A stretch of 64,000 nucleotides of DNA. Origin: an uncultured Bacillota bacterium. Its GTDB lineage: Bacteria; Sysuimicrobiota; Sysuimicrobiia; Sysuimicrobiales; Segetimicrobiaceae. This document shows positions 41,229-51,488 of the stretch, in pieces. Where the stretch lies: NCBI GenBank assembly GCA_963804645.1, contig CAWDRG010000017.1:794276-858275 (forward strand). The letters are read 5' to 3'. The notes beneath the pieces were generated by a model. The model saw nothing but the letters and a program-made list of their open reading frames with translations, was not told the DNA's origin and did no database searches. Each line of letters opens with the position of its first letter. The first letter of the stretch is position 1. A program made the position numbers and the translations under genes.

Positions 41229-42428
41229 CTACGGACAGGGGTGCGGCGTGCCGGGGACCGCGGCGGCCCTGTACGCGTCGCCCACCAACCCGATGATGTC
41301 CTCGTGCCCCTGGTACCCGGCCGGGAGAACGGAGTTCACGATGACGACCACGGGCACCGTGCATTTGAAGATCCCGGCGTATGTCCACACCGAAATGTTG
41401 CCGCTCGCGAGATCCCCGTTCTTGCAGAGGTACGGGTCCGGGCAGTCGCTCCTCACCGAGCAGTCCCAGCCGATGCAGTTCGGGGCCGAGGCGGACATCT
41501 CGGCCTTCTCGGCCTTGGTCAGCAGGTTGCCGTTGGCGATGCCGTTGATCACCTTGTAGAGGTCGCCCGCGCTGAGCACCCACCCGCCGCCCCCGCACGC
41601 CAGCGTCCAGTCGCCCCAGTCCGTGCCGTGGTTCGTCTGCGGCGGAAACGGGTACGACAGGATCGCGGAATACGGAGAGCCGGTGATGTCGTTCGGCCCC
41701 CTCGGCAGCCGGCAGGTGCGCGGAGGCACGCCGGCGGGCTGGAAGACGGTTTGGTTCACGTAGCCGATGTAGAAGGACGCGCTCTGCTCCGCGCGCAGCG
41801 ATTCCGGCTGGACCGCGATGCGTGCGTGTTCCATCTGCGGCAGCAGCTCGCGAAAGATGGCGAAGTTGCAGTTGTCGTAGGAGTGGATCGGGCTGCCGTT
41901 CTGGTCCACCATGTCGGCGCGCTTCACGCCGTCGGCGATCTGCTGCTTGATCACCGCGTAGGTGGTGTTGCTGCCGTTGCAGTTCTCCCGAAAACCCGCC
42001 GAGTGGCTCAGCAGCTCTCGAAACGTAATCGTGTTGATCAGCGGGCCCTGCGTCCAGTTGCTGTAGAGATAGGGCGAGATCTTGCTGTCGAGCGTCAGCC
42101 CGTGCTTCGCCATCGACTTCAGCACGGCGATCGTCGTGATCAGCTTGGTGACGCTCGCCACGTTGGTCGGAAGGTCCGGGAGCATCGCGGTCTGCGGAGG
42201 ATCCGCCGACGTCCGCGCCTGCCCTTCAAAGACCGACGGCAGGTCGCCGACGATCGACACGAAGCCGACCACCTTGTTGTGCAGCTTGTCGGCGATGTTC
42301 TGGGCGAGCTTGCTGACCGAGATGCAGCCGGCCGGGTCGCAGGCGACGTCCGCGGCGAGGCTCGCGGGCACACCCGACGTGAGGATCAGTGCGCCGACCG
42401 CCGCCGTGACGAGCATTCGCTGTCGCAT
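41229..42428 (-). CDS. Secreted serine hydrolase (beta-lactamase-related)
   Basis: Signal peptide, SVTK (SxxK), LLSHSAG, YDN, KNG. Confidence 0.85.
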   Translation of the reverse strand: MRQRMLVTAAVGALILTSGVPASLAADVACDPAGCISVSKLAQNIADKLHNKVVGFVSIVGDLPSVFEGQARTSADPPQTAMLPDLPTNVASVTKLITTIAVLKSMAKHGLTLDSKISPYLYSNWTQGPLINTITFRELLSHSAGFRENCNGSNTTYAVIKQQIADGVKRADMVDQNGSPIHSYDNCNFAIFRELLPQMEHARIAVQPESLRAEQSASFYIGYVNQTVFQPAGVPPRTCRLPRGPNDITGSPYSAILSYPFPPQTNHGTDWGDWTLACGGGGWVLSAGDLYKVINGIANGNLLTKAEKAEMSASAPNCIGWDCSVRSDCPDPYLCKNGDLASGNISVWTYAGIFKCTVPVVVIVNSVLPAGYQGHEDIIGLVGDAYRAAAVPGTPHPCP

Positions 42429-42516
42429 CGGCCCCCCGCCCTATGGACATCGACGTCAGATCGGTACGGCCGCCCGGTACCGTCTCGCAGGGGCAGCGCC
42501 TCCTAGCCCGGGCGCC

Positions 42517-44277
42517 TCACCCCCGCTGGACCGTGCCGGTCAGCCTCCGCCACAACTCTTCTCCACGTGGAAACCGCCGGGCGACCAGGTCGAGGGCGTC
42601 CTGCATCTCGACCCGCACGATCTCGCGCCAGTGCACGCCGGTCCGGCCGATGTGCCGGTACTTGGCGTAGCGCCGCGCGAGGAGGCGCGCGATCGGCACC
42701 GCCCGAAGCGCTTTGAGCGACGAGGCGAGATGGCGGCCGAGGGTGACCGCGGCGGCGGCGTGATCGTGGTGCGCGCCCCCCGGAGGCTCGGGCACCACCG
42801 CGTCGATGATGCCGAGGCGGTAGAGGTCGTGCGCGGTGAGCTTCAGCGCCTCCGACAGCGCGGCGGCCTGGGCGGCGTCCCGATACAGGATCGCCGCGGC
42901 ACCCTCCGGGGAAATCACCGAGTAGATCGCGTGCTCCAGCATGAGCACGCGGTCGGCGACGCCGAGCGCCAGCGCGCCCCCGCTGCCGCCCTCGCCGATG
43001 ATCACGGACACGATCGGAGTCGGCAGCACCGCCATCGCCGCCAGGTCCCGCGCGAGCGCCTGCGCGATGCCGCCCCGCTCCGCCTGGTAACTCGCGTCGG
43101 CGCCTGGCGTATCGATCAGTGTGATGAGCGGCATCTCGAACTTCGCCGCGAGCCGCATCAGCCGCAGCGCCTTCCGGTAGCCAGCCGGTCCGGCGGCGCC
43201 ACGGCGGTGCGCCGCCTGCGCCTCCGGGGTCCCGCCGCGCTCGTGCCCCAGGATCATCACCGGCTGCGCGTCCAGCTCCGCGAGCCCGCCCACGATCGCC
43301 GGATCGTCCCCACCCTCACGGTCCCCGTGCAGCTCTACGAAGCCCGCGGTCATGCGCGTGATGTAATCGAGCGTCGTCGGCCGTGCGGTGTGCCGGGCGA
43401 GGCTCACCTGTTCCCACGCCCCCAGGCCCGGAGTCTCGACACTGGGTGGGACCGGGTCCGGGCGGCCGCGGGGCGGGCGGCCCCGGCTGAGATGGGCGAC
43501 AAGGTACACGATCGTCTCCCGAAGTCGCGCACGGGGCACGACAAGGTCGATGAGTCCCGCGTGCAGGAGCGCCTCGGCGCGGTACGAGTCCGGCGGAGGC
43601 GCCGTGCCGGTCGTCTGCTCGATCACGCGCGGTCCGACGAATCCGATCTGCGCGCCGGGCTCCGCGAGGATCACGTCCCCAAGGGAGGCGACGCTCGCTG
43701 TGACGCCGCCGAACGTCGGGTCCGTCAGCACGGAGATGAACGCGAGCCGGGCCTGATCGTGCCGGGCGGCGGCCGCCGCCACCTTCGCCATCTGCATCAG
43801 CGACAGCATGCCTTCCTGCATCCGGGCACCGCCGCTCGCGGCCACGCACACGACCGGAATCCGCCGCCGGGTCGCGTGCTCGAAGACATTCGCGACCTTC
43901 TCGCCGACGACCGACCCCATCGTCCCGCCGAGAAACTCGAAGTCGAACACGGCGAGGACGACGGGCCAGCCGCCGATCTTGCACCGCCCCGTCGTCACCG
44001 CCTCGCGCAGACCGGTCTGGCGTCTGGCGTCCGCGAGCCGCTCCCGGTACGGCCGGCGGTCCGTGAAGCGCAGTGGATCGACGGAGACGAGCTGGCGGTC
44101 GAGTTCGCGAAACGTTCCTGGATCCGCGAGGAGCGCGATCCGGGCCCCCGACGGCATCGACAGAGGTCGCCCGCATCCAGCGCAGACGTACCACTGCGGC
44201 CCGAGCGCCTCCACCGGATGGGGCAGGCCGCACGCGGGGCAGACGACCGGCGGGGGCGCGGCCCGGCGGCGGAACAC
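42517..44277 (-). CDS. Fused acyl-CoA carboxylase carboxyltransferase beta/alpha (AccD-AccA)
   Basis: N-terminal CPAC..CAGC zinc ribbon, GGARMQEG..MQMAK, then IDTPGA, GEGGSGGAL, YSVISPEG. Confidence 0.92.
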   Translation of the reverse strand: MFRRRAAPPPVVCPACGLPHPVEALGPQWYVCAGCGRPLSMPSGARIALLADPGTFRELDRQLVSVDPLRFTDRRPYRERLADARRQTGLREAVTTGRCKIGGWPVVLAVFDFEFLGGTMGSVVGEKVANVFEHATRRRIPVVCVAASGGARMQEGMLSLMQMAKVAAAAARHDQARLAFISVLTDPTFGGVTASVASLGDVILAEPGAQIGFVGPRVIEQTTGTAPPPDSYRAEALLHAGLIDLVVPRARLRETIVYLVAHLSRGRPPRGRPDPVPPSVETPGLGAWEQVSLARHTARPTTLDYITRMTAGFVELHGDREGGDDPAIVGGLAELDAQPVMILGHERGGTPEAQAAHRRGAAGPAGYRKALRLMRLAAKFEMPLITLIDTPGADASYQAERGGIAQALARDLAAMAVLPTPIVSVIIGEGGSGGALALGVADRVLMLEHAIYSVISPEGAAAILYRDAAQAAALSEALKLTAHDLYRLGIIDAVVPEPPGGAHHDHAAAAVTLGRHLASSLKALRAVPIARLLARRYAKYRHIGRTGVHWREIVRVEMQDALDLVARRFPRGEELWRRLTGTVQRG

Positions 44278-45458
44278 TAGATCGCCCCGTCCCGCCGCAG
44301 CGCCGCCATCTCGTCCGGTCCTAGACCGAGCTCGCGCAGCACCGCGTCCGTATGCTCACCGAGCGCCGGCGGGGGCGTGCGGACGTCCCCGGGCGTCTCG
44401 GACAGCTTGACCGGGACGCCGTTCACGCGAATCCGGCCCGCGCGCGGGTGTTCCAGCTCCACGACCATGCCGCGGGCGAGCACCTGCGGGTCCTCCATCA
44501 CCTCGTGCATCCGGGCAATCGGGCCGGCGGGCACGCCGTGCTCGAGCAGCCGCGACACCCATTCGGCGGTCGTGTGCGTGGCGAAGATCGGCTCGAGCAG
44601 ATCGAGCAGCTCGCGCCGGCGCGCGACGCGGCCGGCGTTCGTCGCGAAGCGCGGGTCCGCGACGAGCGGGAACTCGAGCGCCTCGCAGAACCGCTGCCAC
44701 AGGCCCTCGCTGCCGACGGCGACGTTCACGAACCCGTCGCGGGTCCGAAACGGCTGGTACGGCACGAGGTTCGTGTGGGCCGACCCGACGCGCTCCGGGT
44801 CACGACCGGTCGCGAAGTAGTTCGCGGCCATGTACGTCATCCACGCCACCTGGCCGTCGAGCATCGACGCGTCCACCCACTGGCCGCGCCCGGTGCGGTC
44901 GCGTACGCGCAGGGCAGCCAGCACCGCGTACGCCGCGAACATCCCGGCACAGATGTCGGCGACGGCGACGCCGACGCGCATCGGCGCGCCGTCCGGCTCG
45001 CCCGTGATCCCCATCAGCCCGCCCATGCCCTGGACGATCAAGTCGTACGCCGCGCGCTCCCGGTACGGCCCGGTCTGTCCGAATCCGGAGATCGAGCAGT
45101 ACACCAGCCGGGGCAGCGCGGCGTGCACCGCCTCGTACCCGAGCCCGAGACGGTCCATGGCACCGGGACGGAAGTTCTCGACGAGCACATCCGCGCGACC
45201 CAAGAGCCGCCACAAGACGTCGCGCGCCCGGGCGTCGCGGAGGTTGAGGGTGACGCTGGATTTGTTGCGGTTGATGCTCATGAAGTACGCGCTCTCGCCG
45301 CGGATAAACGGGGGGCCCCACCCGCGCGTATCGTCCCCGCCGTCCGGCGTTTCGATCTTCAGCACCCGGGCGCCGAGGTCCGCGAGCATCATCGTGCAGT
45401 ACGGACCCGCGAGCGCCCGCGTCAGGTCGACCACCGTCAGATCGTCAAGAGACCGCAC
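44277..45458 (-). CDS. CaiB/BaiF family III CoA-transferase
   Basis: DLTRALAGPYCTMMLADLGA, NRNK, ENFRPG. Confidence 0.93.
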   Translation of the reverse strand: MRSLDDLTVVDLTRALAGPYCTMMLADLGARVLKIETPDGGDDTRGWGPPFIRGESAYFMSINRNKSSVTLNLRDARARDVLWRLLGRADVLVENFRPGAMDRLGLGYEAVHAALPRLVYCSISGFGQTGPYRERAAYDLIVQGMGGLMGITGEPDGAPMRVGVAVADICAGMFAAYAVLAALRVRDRTGRGQWVDASMLDGQVAWMTYMAANYFATGRDPERVGSAHTNLVPYQPFRTRDGFVNVAVGSEGLWQRFCEALEFPLVADPRFATNAGRVARRRELLDLLEPIFATHTTAEWVSRLLEHGVPAGPIARMHEVMEDPQVLARGMVVELEHPRAGRIRVNGVPVKLSETPGDVRTPPPALGEHTDAVLRELGLGPDEMAALRRDGAI

Positions 45459-45466
45459 CGACCGCC

Positions 45467-46291
45467 TCACTTCTGGACGAACGCGAAGCACCGGCAAAAC
45501 GCCGCCTCGCCGCCCTTGAACCGAAACGGAAACGCCCCGAACCACACCCGGGTGTTCAGCACCTCATCGATCATGCCGCCGACGTTCTCGACGTGGAACA
45601 CGCCCTTCGGAAACAGGTAGGTGTGCGTGGCCTGGTACGCCTTCGGCCACGGGAACGCCCGCTCGATCGGCATCCCGATCTTCTTCTCGACCTCGGGGAT
45701 CAGGTCGGGCCGCGCGCGGCGCACGTTGGTGTTGAAGGGATGGTCCGTGGAGATCGCGTCGATCGCCAACCAGCGAATCCCCCGATCGAGCACCCAGTCA
45801 CAGAACTCCACCTGCGGCCCCGGGTGCTTCAGGAACGCGCGCGGCAGGTTCGGCTTCTCCCGGTTGCGGACCTTGTACCAGTCCTCGTTGTAATAGTGGT
45901 GGTAGCCCGTGTGGATGACCAGGATGTCACCGCGCTGGATCTTCGTCTTGTACTTCTTCTCCCACATCTCGAAGTGGTCGGGCCCGTAGATGTCGTAATC
46001 CCCGATCCCGAACTGCGAGAGGTCGACCACGCACGCCGGCCCGAACAGATCCTCGAGCGGGATCCCCGCGACGTCCGGCCCCGGATCGTTGAAGTGCAGC
46101 GGCGAGTCCAGGTGCGTCGCGATGTGGTTCGTGCTGCTGATCAGCTGGGCGTTCACCCCCTCGAACGCCATCTTCTTCACCCACTTCACCGTCGGGCCCT
46201 CGTAGTACGCGAACGGCGGCGAATCCACGCTGAAGTTCTGCGACAGATCCACCACGCGAACCCGGCTCATGTCCGCGGGCCTAAACGCCAT
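45467..46291 (-). CDS. Cyclase family (kynurenine formamidase-like) metal hydrolase
   Basis: HIATHLDSPLHF motif. Confidence 0.9.
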   Translation of the reverse strand: MAFRPADMSRVRVVDLSQNFSVDSPPFAYYEGPTVKWVKKMAFEGVNAQLISSTNHIATHLDSPLHFNDPGPDVAGIPLEDLFGPACVVDLSQFGIGDYDIYGPDHFEMWEKKYKTKIQRGDILVIHTGYHHYYNEDWYKVRNREKPNLPRAFLKHPGPQVEFCDWVLDRGIRWLAIDAISTDHPFNTNVRRARPDLIPEVEKKIGMPIERAFPWPKAYQATHTYLFPKGVFHVENVGGMIDEVLNTRVWFGAFPFRFKGGEAAFCRCFAFVQK

Positions 46292-46360
46292 GCGTCACCC
46301 CCTCGTGCGAGTCGGACCGGACGTCCCGATCCGCGACATCGTATCTGTGCGCGCGGACCG

Positions 46361-47641
46361 CTACGGCCCGAACGCCTCCACCATCGCCTCGACCGCCTGC
46401 TCGAAACACACCGCAGGCGGCCGCACCAACCCGGCGCCGATCTGACCGACCCCCGCCCGGCGGTGGGCGATCCCGGTGTTCACGCGGGGGAGGATACCGG
46501 TCCGCACGACCTTCCGGATGTCGATCCCCGTCGGCGTCCCGCGGAAATCGAGTGCCGGGATGCCGAACGCGGGGTTCTCCGCGAGCGTGATCTCGTACAT
46601 CTCCAGGGTCGCGTGCAGCGCATCCCGCGCGGTTCCGCTGACGAAGCTGACGATCGCCGGCGCGGCGGCCATCGCGAACGCGCCGATTCCTGCCGTCTCG
46701 GTGATCGTTGAATCGCCCACGTCGGGATTCGCATCGTCCGCGGAAAACCCGGGGAAGTACAGCCCGCGGGGCACCTCCGCCGGGCCGGTGAACCACCGGT
46801 TACCGAGGCCGCTGACGCGGATCCCGAAGTCCGTCCCATTCCGCGCCATCGCCGTCACGAGCGTACTGCCCGCGATGCCATGGGCGGAGTCCATCGTCAC
46901 CTTGCACGCCGCCATCACAGGGTTCAGCGCCGCGAGGTCCGTGTCGGCGAGATACCGGAAGACTTCGTGCTGGCGCGCGCTCGGCATCCCGGTCCGGACG
47001 AGGTGCGGACCGAGCAGCCGGCCGAACAGCGCCGACCCCGCCTTCGTGCGGTTGTGACCGTCGTCGCCCATCTGCAGCGCCTGGGCGATCAGCGCCTTCA
47101 TCTCAAGGCCGCCCGCGAGCTCGAGCGCCCGGCCGAGGGCGGGCGCGAGCGTCTCCTCCATCCATCGCAGGCGCGCCAGCACGTCCGGCCCGTACGCGCC
47201 ATACCGGAGCACTGTGCCGTACCCCTCGTTCAGGGTCGAATACGCGCGCGTGCCGCCCGCCCCGTTCTCAACGACGTACACGGGCATCGACGGTGACACG
47301 ATCCCCGCCATCGGACCGACCGCGGCGTGATCGTGGCACGGCTCGAACCGAACGCGCCCCGATTCCACGAGCGATCTCGCCTCCGCCTCGTTCGACGCAC
47401 GCCGCTCGTACATGAGCGCTCCGAGCACCGCGCCGCGGACCGGCCCCGACATCCGGTCCCACCCGATCGGCGGTCCCGCATGAAGCAACAGGTCGTCCGC
47501 CATCCGCGGTACGACGTCCCGGGCGCGGGCGACGCCCACCAACACCGGTGCGGCCGCGAACACGCGCCGGATCGCCTCGGCGTTCGCCTGCTCGATCCTC
47601 GCCGCCGGCGACGTGGCGGGGAGATCGCGCGATCCCGTCAC
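46361..47641 (-). CDS. DUF1116 family protein (YlbE/AllG-like)
   Basis: LLHAGPP, PCHDH.AVGPMAG, MGDDGHNR, DVGDSTITE, NTGIAH. Confidence 0.9.
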   Translation of the reverse strand: MTGSRDLPATSPAARIEQANAEAIRRVFAAAPVLVGVARARDVVPRMADDLLLHAGPPIGWDRMSGPVRGAVLGALMYERRASNEAEARSLVESGRVRFEPCHDHAAVGPMAGIVSPSMPVYVVENGAGGTRAYSTLNEGYGTVLRYGAYGPDVLARLRWMEETLAPALGRALELAGGLEMKALIAQALQMGDDGHNRTKAGSALFGRLLGPHLVRTGMPSARQHEVFRYLADTDLAALNPVMAACKVTMDSAHGIAGSTLVTAMARNGTDFGIRVSGLGNRWFTGPAEVPRGLYFPGFSADDANPDVGDSTITETAGIGAFAMAAAPAIVSFVSGTARDALHATLEMYEITLAENPAFGIPALDFRGTPTGIDIRKVVRTGILPRVNTGIAHRRAGVGQIGAGLVRPPAVCFEQAVEAMVEAFGP

Positions 47642-49458
47642 TCCAACCGCTCCAGGAGCGCGATCATACGCGGATCCCCACCCGCCGGTGGACTCCAATC
47701 GAGATCCACGACCGGCACCCCCTGTGCGTGGAGGCTTTCGGCAAACGTCGAGAGCCCGACATTCACGACACGGAGCGGGCGGCCAAGCAGCGCGTCCTCG
47801 GGAACCCCGTCCCCTGCGTCCAGACGCGGCACGGCGTCGTCACCGCCGTTCGCCCCTGGCGCGGGCGCGCCGGCGGCGAACGACGACGGCAGAGACAGTC
47901 GCGTGTCGCGCGACGCGATCATCCCGGCGAGGACCGCCGCGCGGGCGTTGCTGTCCTCGACCAGCACCCCGGCGTCCTCGAGCCGCCTGACCTGCACGGC
48001 CCGCCGCTGCGGATCCTCCTCGGTCCCGCAGACGGACGCCACCACCGCGAGATGCCGTCCGGCGCCAGCCGCCGCGTCGCGAGCGGCGGCGATCGCCGGC
48101 GCCATCGCGCCCGCAGGGTCCGGATGCACGCCCTCGCCGAGCACCACATCGAGCAGGAGCACGGCCGCCTCCGGATCACCCGCCTCCTGCGCGAGGCGCC
48201 GGTTGCGGAGTGCGACATCCAGCATCGGGTGCAGCCGCCCGACGGTAAAGAGATCAGCCCCGAGGTCGAGCACCGTGTGCCCGAGGCTCGCACCGGCGCC
48301 TTCGAACGGACGGACCGCGCCCGTGGGCGCGTTCGAGTAGAGCGGCCGCAGCGCCGCCGCCAGCAGGGCGACGCACTCCGCGCACAGCGTCCCCCCACTG
48401 TAGAGACCGCGCAGGTACCGCTGAGACGGTGCGAGCCGCGCGATCGCCTGACGGGCCCTCTCGGACGCCGCGCCGTGCCACCGGTCGTCGCCCCAGCGGG
48501 GCTCGCGCGGCGCGCCGCCCGCCAGCCTGAGCGCCACCCGCGCCGCGTCCTCGAGCGTCGCCGCCCGGTGGAGGCCGGCCGGCCCCGCGATGTGTGCGGG
48601 CGCGCCGACGAACGCGACGACCACAGGCTTCCCGATCGTGGCCGCCTCGGCCAGCACCGCCTCGGCCGCACCGGCGTCCGGCGGCTTCGAGATCAGCACG
48701 ATCGCGGTCGTCGCGGGATCGCGGCCGAGCATGCCCAGGGCCGTCCGCGTCGAGGCGCCACCCACCGGGGCGGTCAGGTCGCGGCCGCCAGTGCCGAGCG
48801 CGTGCGACACGCCCCCCTGGTGCCGATGGATGATCGTCGCAACCTCCTGCAGCCCGGTGCCGGACGCGCTCACAATACCGATCGGTCCGCGCCGGACGCG
48901 GTTGGCGAATCCGAGCGCCGCGCCGCCGACCAGCGCCGTGCCGCAGTCCGGTCCCATCACGAGCCGCCCCCGGCGCGCCGCGTCCCGCTTCAGGCGTACC
49001 TCGTCGTCGACCGACACGTTGTCGCTGAAGATCATGACATGCAGTCCCGTTCCGAGCGCCTCGCGCGCGACGCCGGCGGCGAACCGCCCGGGGACCGAGA
49101 TCAGCGCGAGGTCGGCTCCCCCGAGCATGCGGTCGGCCGCGCCGACAGTCCTCGGCCGGTGGTCCGCTGCCGACTGCTCCGACGCGGGGCGGCGCGTCAG
49201 GATGTCCTCGAGCGCCGCCAGGGCCTCGTCCGCGTGGGCCTCGGTATCGGCCCGCACCGAAGCCACGAGGTCGTCGGCCGCGGCCCGAAGGCCGTCGACG
49301 GCGAGGCCGGCCTGACGCAGGAGCTCGAGATTCGCGTCCGTGCCCATCACGAGCCCGGCATCATCGATCCCGGGCATCGCGCGCAGCGCCTGCTGCGCCT
49401 GCATCAGGGTCACGGAATCGTGGTAGGCGCTGCGCCGCGTCGCACCGCGAACGATCAT
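47638..49458 (-). CDS. fdrA: FdrA (AllF-like, acyl-CoA synthetase-like)
   Basis: YHDSVTLM, MIFSDNV, MGPDCGT, SGTGLQE, YSGGTLC, VGRLHPM. Confidence 0.9.
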   Translation of the reverse strand: MIVRGATRRSAYHDSVTLMQAQQALRAMPGIDDAGLVMGTDANLELLRQAGLAVDGLRAAADDLVASVRADTEAHADEALAALEDILTRRPASEQSAADHRPRTVGAADRMLGGADLALISVPGRFAAGVAREALGTGLHVMIFSDNVSVDDEVRLKRDAARRGRLVMGPDCGTALVGGAALGFANRVRRGPIGIVSASGTGLQEVATIIHRHQGGVSHALGTGGRDLTAPVGGASTRTALGMLGRDPATTAIVLISKPPDAGAAEAVLAEAATIGKPVVVAFVGAPAHIAGPAGLHRAATLEDAARVALRLAGGAPREPRWGDDRWHGAASERARQAIARLAPSQRYLRGLYSGGTLCAECVALLAAALRPLYSNAPTGAVRPFEGAGASLGHTVLDLGADLFTVGRLHPMLDVALRNRRLAQEAGDPEAAVLLLDVVLGEGVHPDPAGAMAPAIAAARDAAAGAGRHLAVVASVCGTEEDPQRRAVQVRRLEDAGVLVEDSNARAAVLAGMIASRDTRLSLPSSFAAGAPAPGANGGDDAVPRLDAGDGVPEDALLGRPLRVVNVGLSTFAESLHAQGVPVVDLDWSPPAGGDPRMIALLERLE

Positions 49459-49681
49459 CGAGCACACCCCTTGCGCACGGCGGTGTCGGGAACCGCGGAC
49501 GGGCTGCGGGGTGGCTCGAGTCGGGTCATCGGTACGCCGATCTTCGCCGTCTCACACCCGATCTCATGCGCGGGTCGCGCGGCACGCCCGCCGGTAGGGG
49601 CCGGCGTCTCCGTACCAGAAGACCGGGATCGATGGGCCGACCGCGACACCGATGCGGGAACCGGCCTCCAGAGGAGCACAC

Positions 49682-50599
49682 ATGGACCGCCCGCGGATCG
49701 GCTTCATCGGTTTGGGCAGGATGGGCGCGCCGATGACGCGCCGGCTGCTGGCCGCCGGGTATCCGGTGACGGCCTCCGACGTGCGGCCCGAGGCGGTCGC
49801 CGCCGCGACCCGCGACGGTGCCGCACCGGCCCAGACACCCACAGATGCGGCCCGCCGGTCGGATGTCGTGATCACGATGCTGCCGGACGGCCGCGCGGTC
49901 GAGCGGCTCGTGTACGGCGACGGAGGCCTGGCCGGCGCGATGCGGGCCGGCCAGCGGCTGATCGAGATGACGTCATCGTCCCCGAGCGTGACACGGCGGG
50001 TGGCGGCCGATCTGGGCCGCGCCGGCGTCGCGGTCCTCGACGCGCCGGTCTCGGGCGGGGTGCGCGGCGCCGTGGAAGGAACGCTCTGCATCATGGTGGG
50101 CGGCCCGGCCGCGCTCGCCGAGACGTGCCGGCCGATTCTCGACTGCCTCGGCAATCAGATCGTCCACGTGGGCGACGCCCCGGGGGACGGCGATACCGCG
50201 AAAACGATCAACAACCTGCTCTCCGCGACGACGGTGTGGAGCGCGGCCGAGGCGGTGGCCCTGGGCGTCAAGGCCGGGCTCGCGCCGGAGCGGCTCCTCG
50301 ACGCCGTCAACCACTCGACCGGACGGAGCTACACCACGGAGGTCAAGTTCCCGCGCTACATCCTGCCCCGCCAGTTCACCGCCGGGTTCACGATCGCCCA
50401 GTATCTGAAAGACCTCGACATCTGCATGGACGTGGCCGACGAGCTCCACGCGCCGATGCTGCTCGGCTCGGTGGTGCGCCAGGCGTGGCGGATCGCCGTG
50501 CGGGAGGGCATGGGCGAGGCGGACCACACCGCCCTCGTCCAGCTGCTCGAGCGGTGGATCGGACCGGCCGATCGCAACGCCAGCACCGGGGAGGGGTGA
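49682..50599 (+). CDS. Beta-hydroxyacid (3-hydroxyisobutyrate-type) dehydrogenase
   Basis: IGFIGLGRMG, LDAPVSGG, KTINN, KDL. Confidence 0.92.
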   Translation: MDRPRIGFIGLGRMGAPMTRRLLAAGYPVTASDVRPEAVAAATRDGAAPAQTPTDAARRSDVVITMLPDGRAVERLVYGDGGLAGAMRAGQRLIEMTSSSPSVTRRVAADLGRAGVAVLDAPVSGGVRGAVEGTLCIMVGGPAALAETCRPILDCLGNQIVHVGDAPGDGDTAKTINNLLSATTVWSAAEAVALGVKAGLAPERLLDAVNHSTGRSYTTEVKFPRYILPRQFTAGFTIAQYLKDLDICMDVADELHAPMLLGSVVRQAWRIAVREGMGEADHTALVQLLERWIGPADRNASTGEG

Positions 50600-50674
50600 A
50601 CGGCGGCAGGGAGTCGGCCCGCTATGGGGAACACTGATACACAAGTGAGTTCCGACGCAAAGGGGAGGTTGGCG

Positions 50675-51241
50675 ATGATACGCGCTGGACGGTGGAACGC
50701 AACGATGGTGCTCGCGGCGTGCCTGATCCTGCTCGGTGGGCTCCTGCTGCCCGAGATCTCCGAGGCGAAGACGGCCGCGCAGATCAACGCGGACGCAAAC
50801 GCGGCGGTGGCCCGGTTCGACAAGCAGCTGAAGGGCGGCGCGAAGTTTCTCGCCTCGTCCAAGGGCGTGCTCGTACTCCCGGATGTCATCAAAGCCGCGT
50901 TCGTGTACGGCGCACAGTACGGCGAGGGCGTGCTGCGCGTCCAAAACCACAACCAGGGCTACTACAGCATCGCGGGCGGATCGTTTGGGCTCTCGTTCGG
51001 CGCCCAGTCGAAGGACATCATCATCTGCTTCCGCGATCCGGCGGCACTCAAGTCCTTCGAACAGTCCTCGGGATGGCAGGTCGGCGTCAGCGGCGCGATC
51101 ACCATGGTGAACGTCGGCGTGGGGAGCGACCTCAGCACGATGCAGATCAACCAGCCGATCGTCGCCTTCGTGGTGGGCCAGCAGGGCCTGATGGTCGACG
51201 TGTCGCTGCAGGGGGCAAAGATCTCGAAGATCACGCGGTAG
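50675..51241 (+). CDS. YSC84/SYLF lipid-binding secreted protein
   Basis: Signal peptide; KGVLVLP.VIKAAF..GAQYGEG, GLMVDVSLQG.KI. Confidence 0.85.
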   Translation: MIRAGRWNATMVLAACLILLGGLLLPEISEAKTAAQINADANAAVARFDKQLKGGAKFLASSKGVLVLPDVIKAAFVYGAQYGEGVLRVQNHNQGYYSIAGGSFGLSFGAQSKDIIICFRDPAALKSFEQSSGWQVGVSGAITMVNVGVGSDLSTMQINQPIVAFVVGQQGLMVDVSLQGAKISKITR

Positions 51242-51488
51242 ACGAGCGCGCGTGCGTCGCGGACGCATCCCGCTGACGCGGGGTGCGTCTTGCTTTGGCT
51301 CGGCGTCGGTGGACACGCGGCGGCCGGCCGCGGGCGCCGGGAACCCAGAGGGTGCGGGGGACCGGCGGCGAACACTCGTGTCGATCCCGCGCGCACCGCC
51401 ACGGAATTTTCGATCCGCGCGGCCGCGTTGGACATACTAGGCGCGGCGGATGCCGTTGCGAGACCCTCGCGCCGATGGAGGCTGACGG

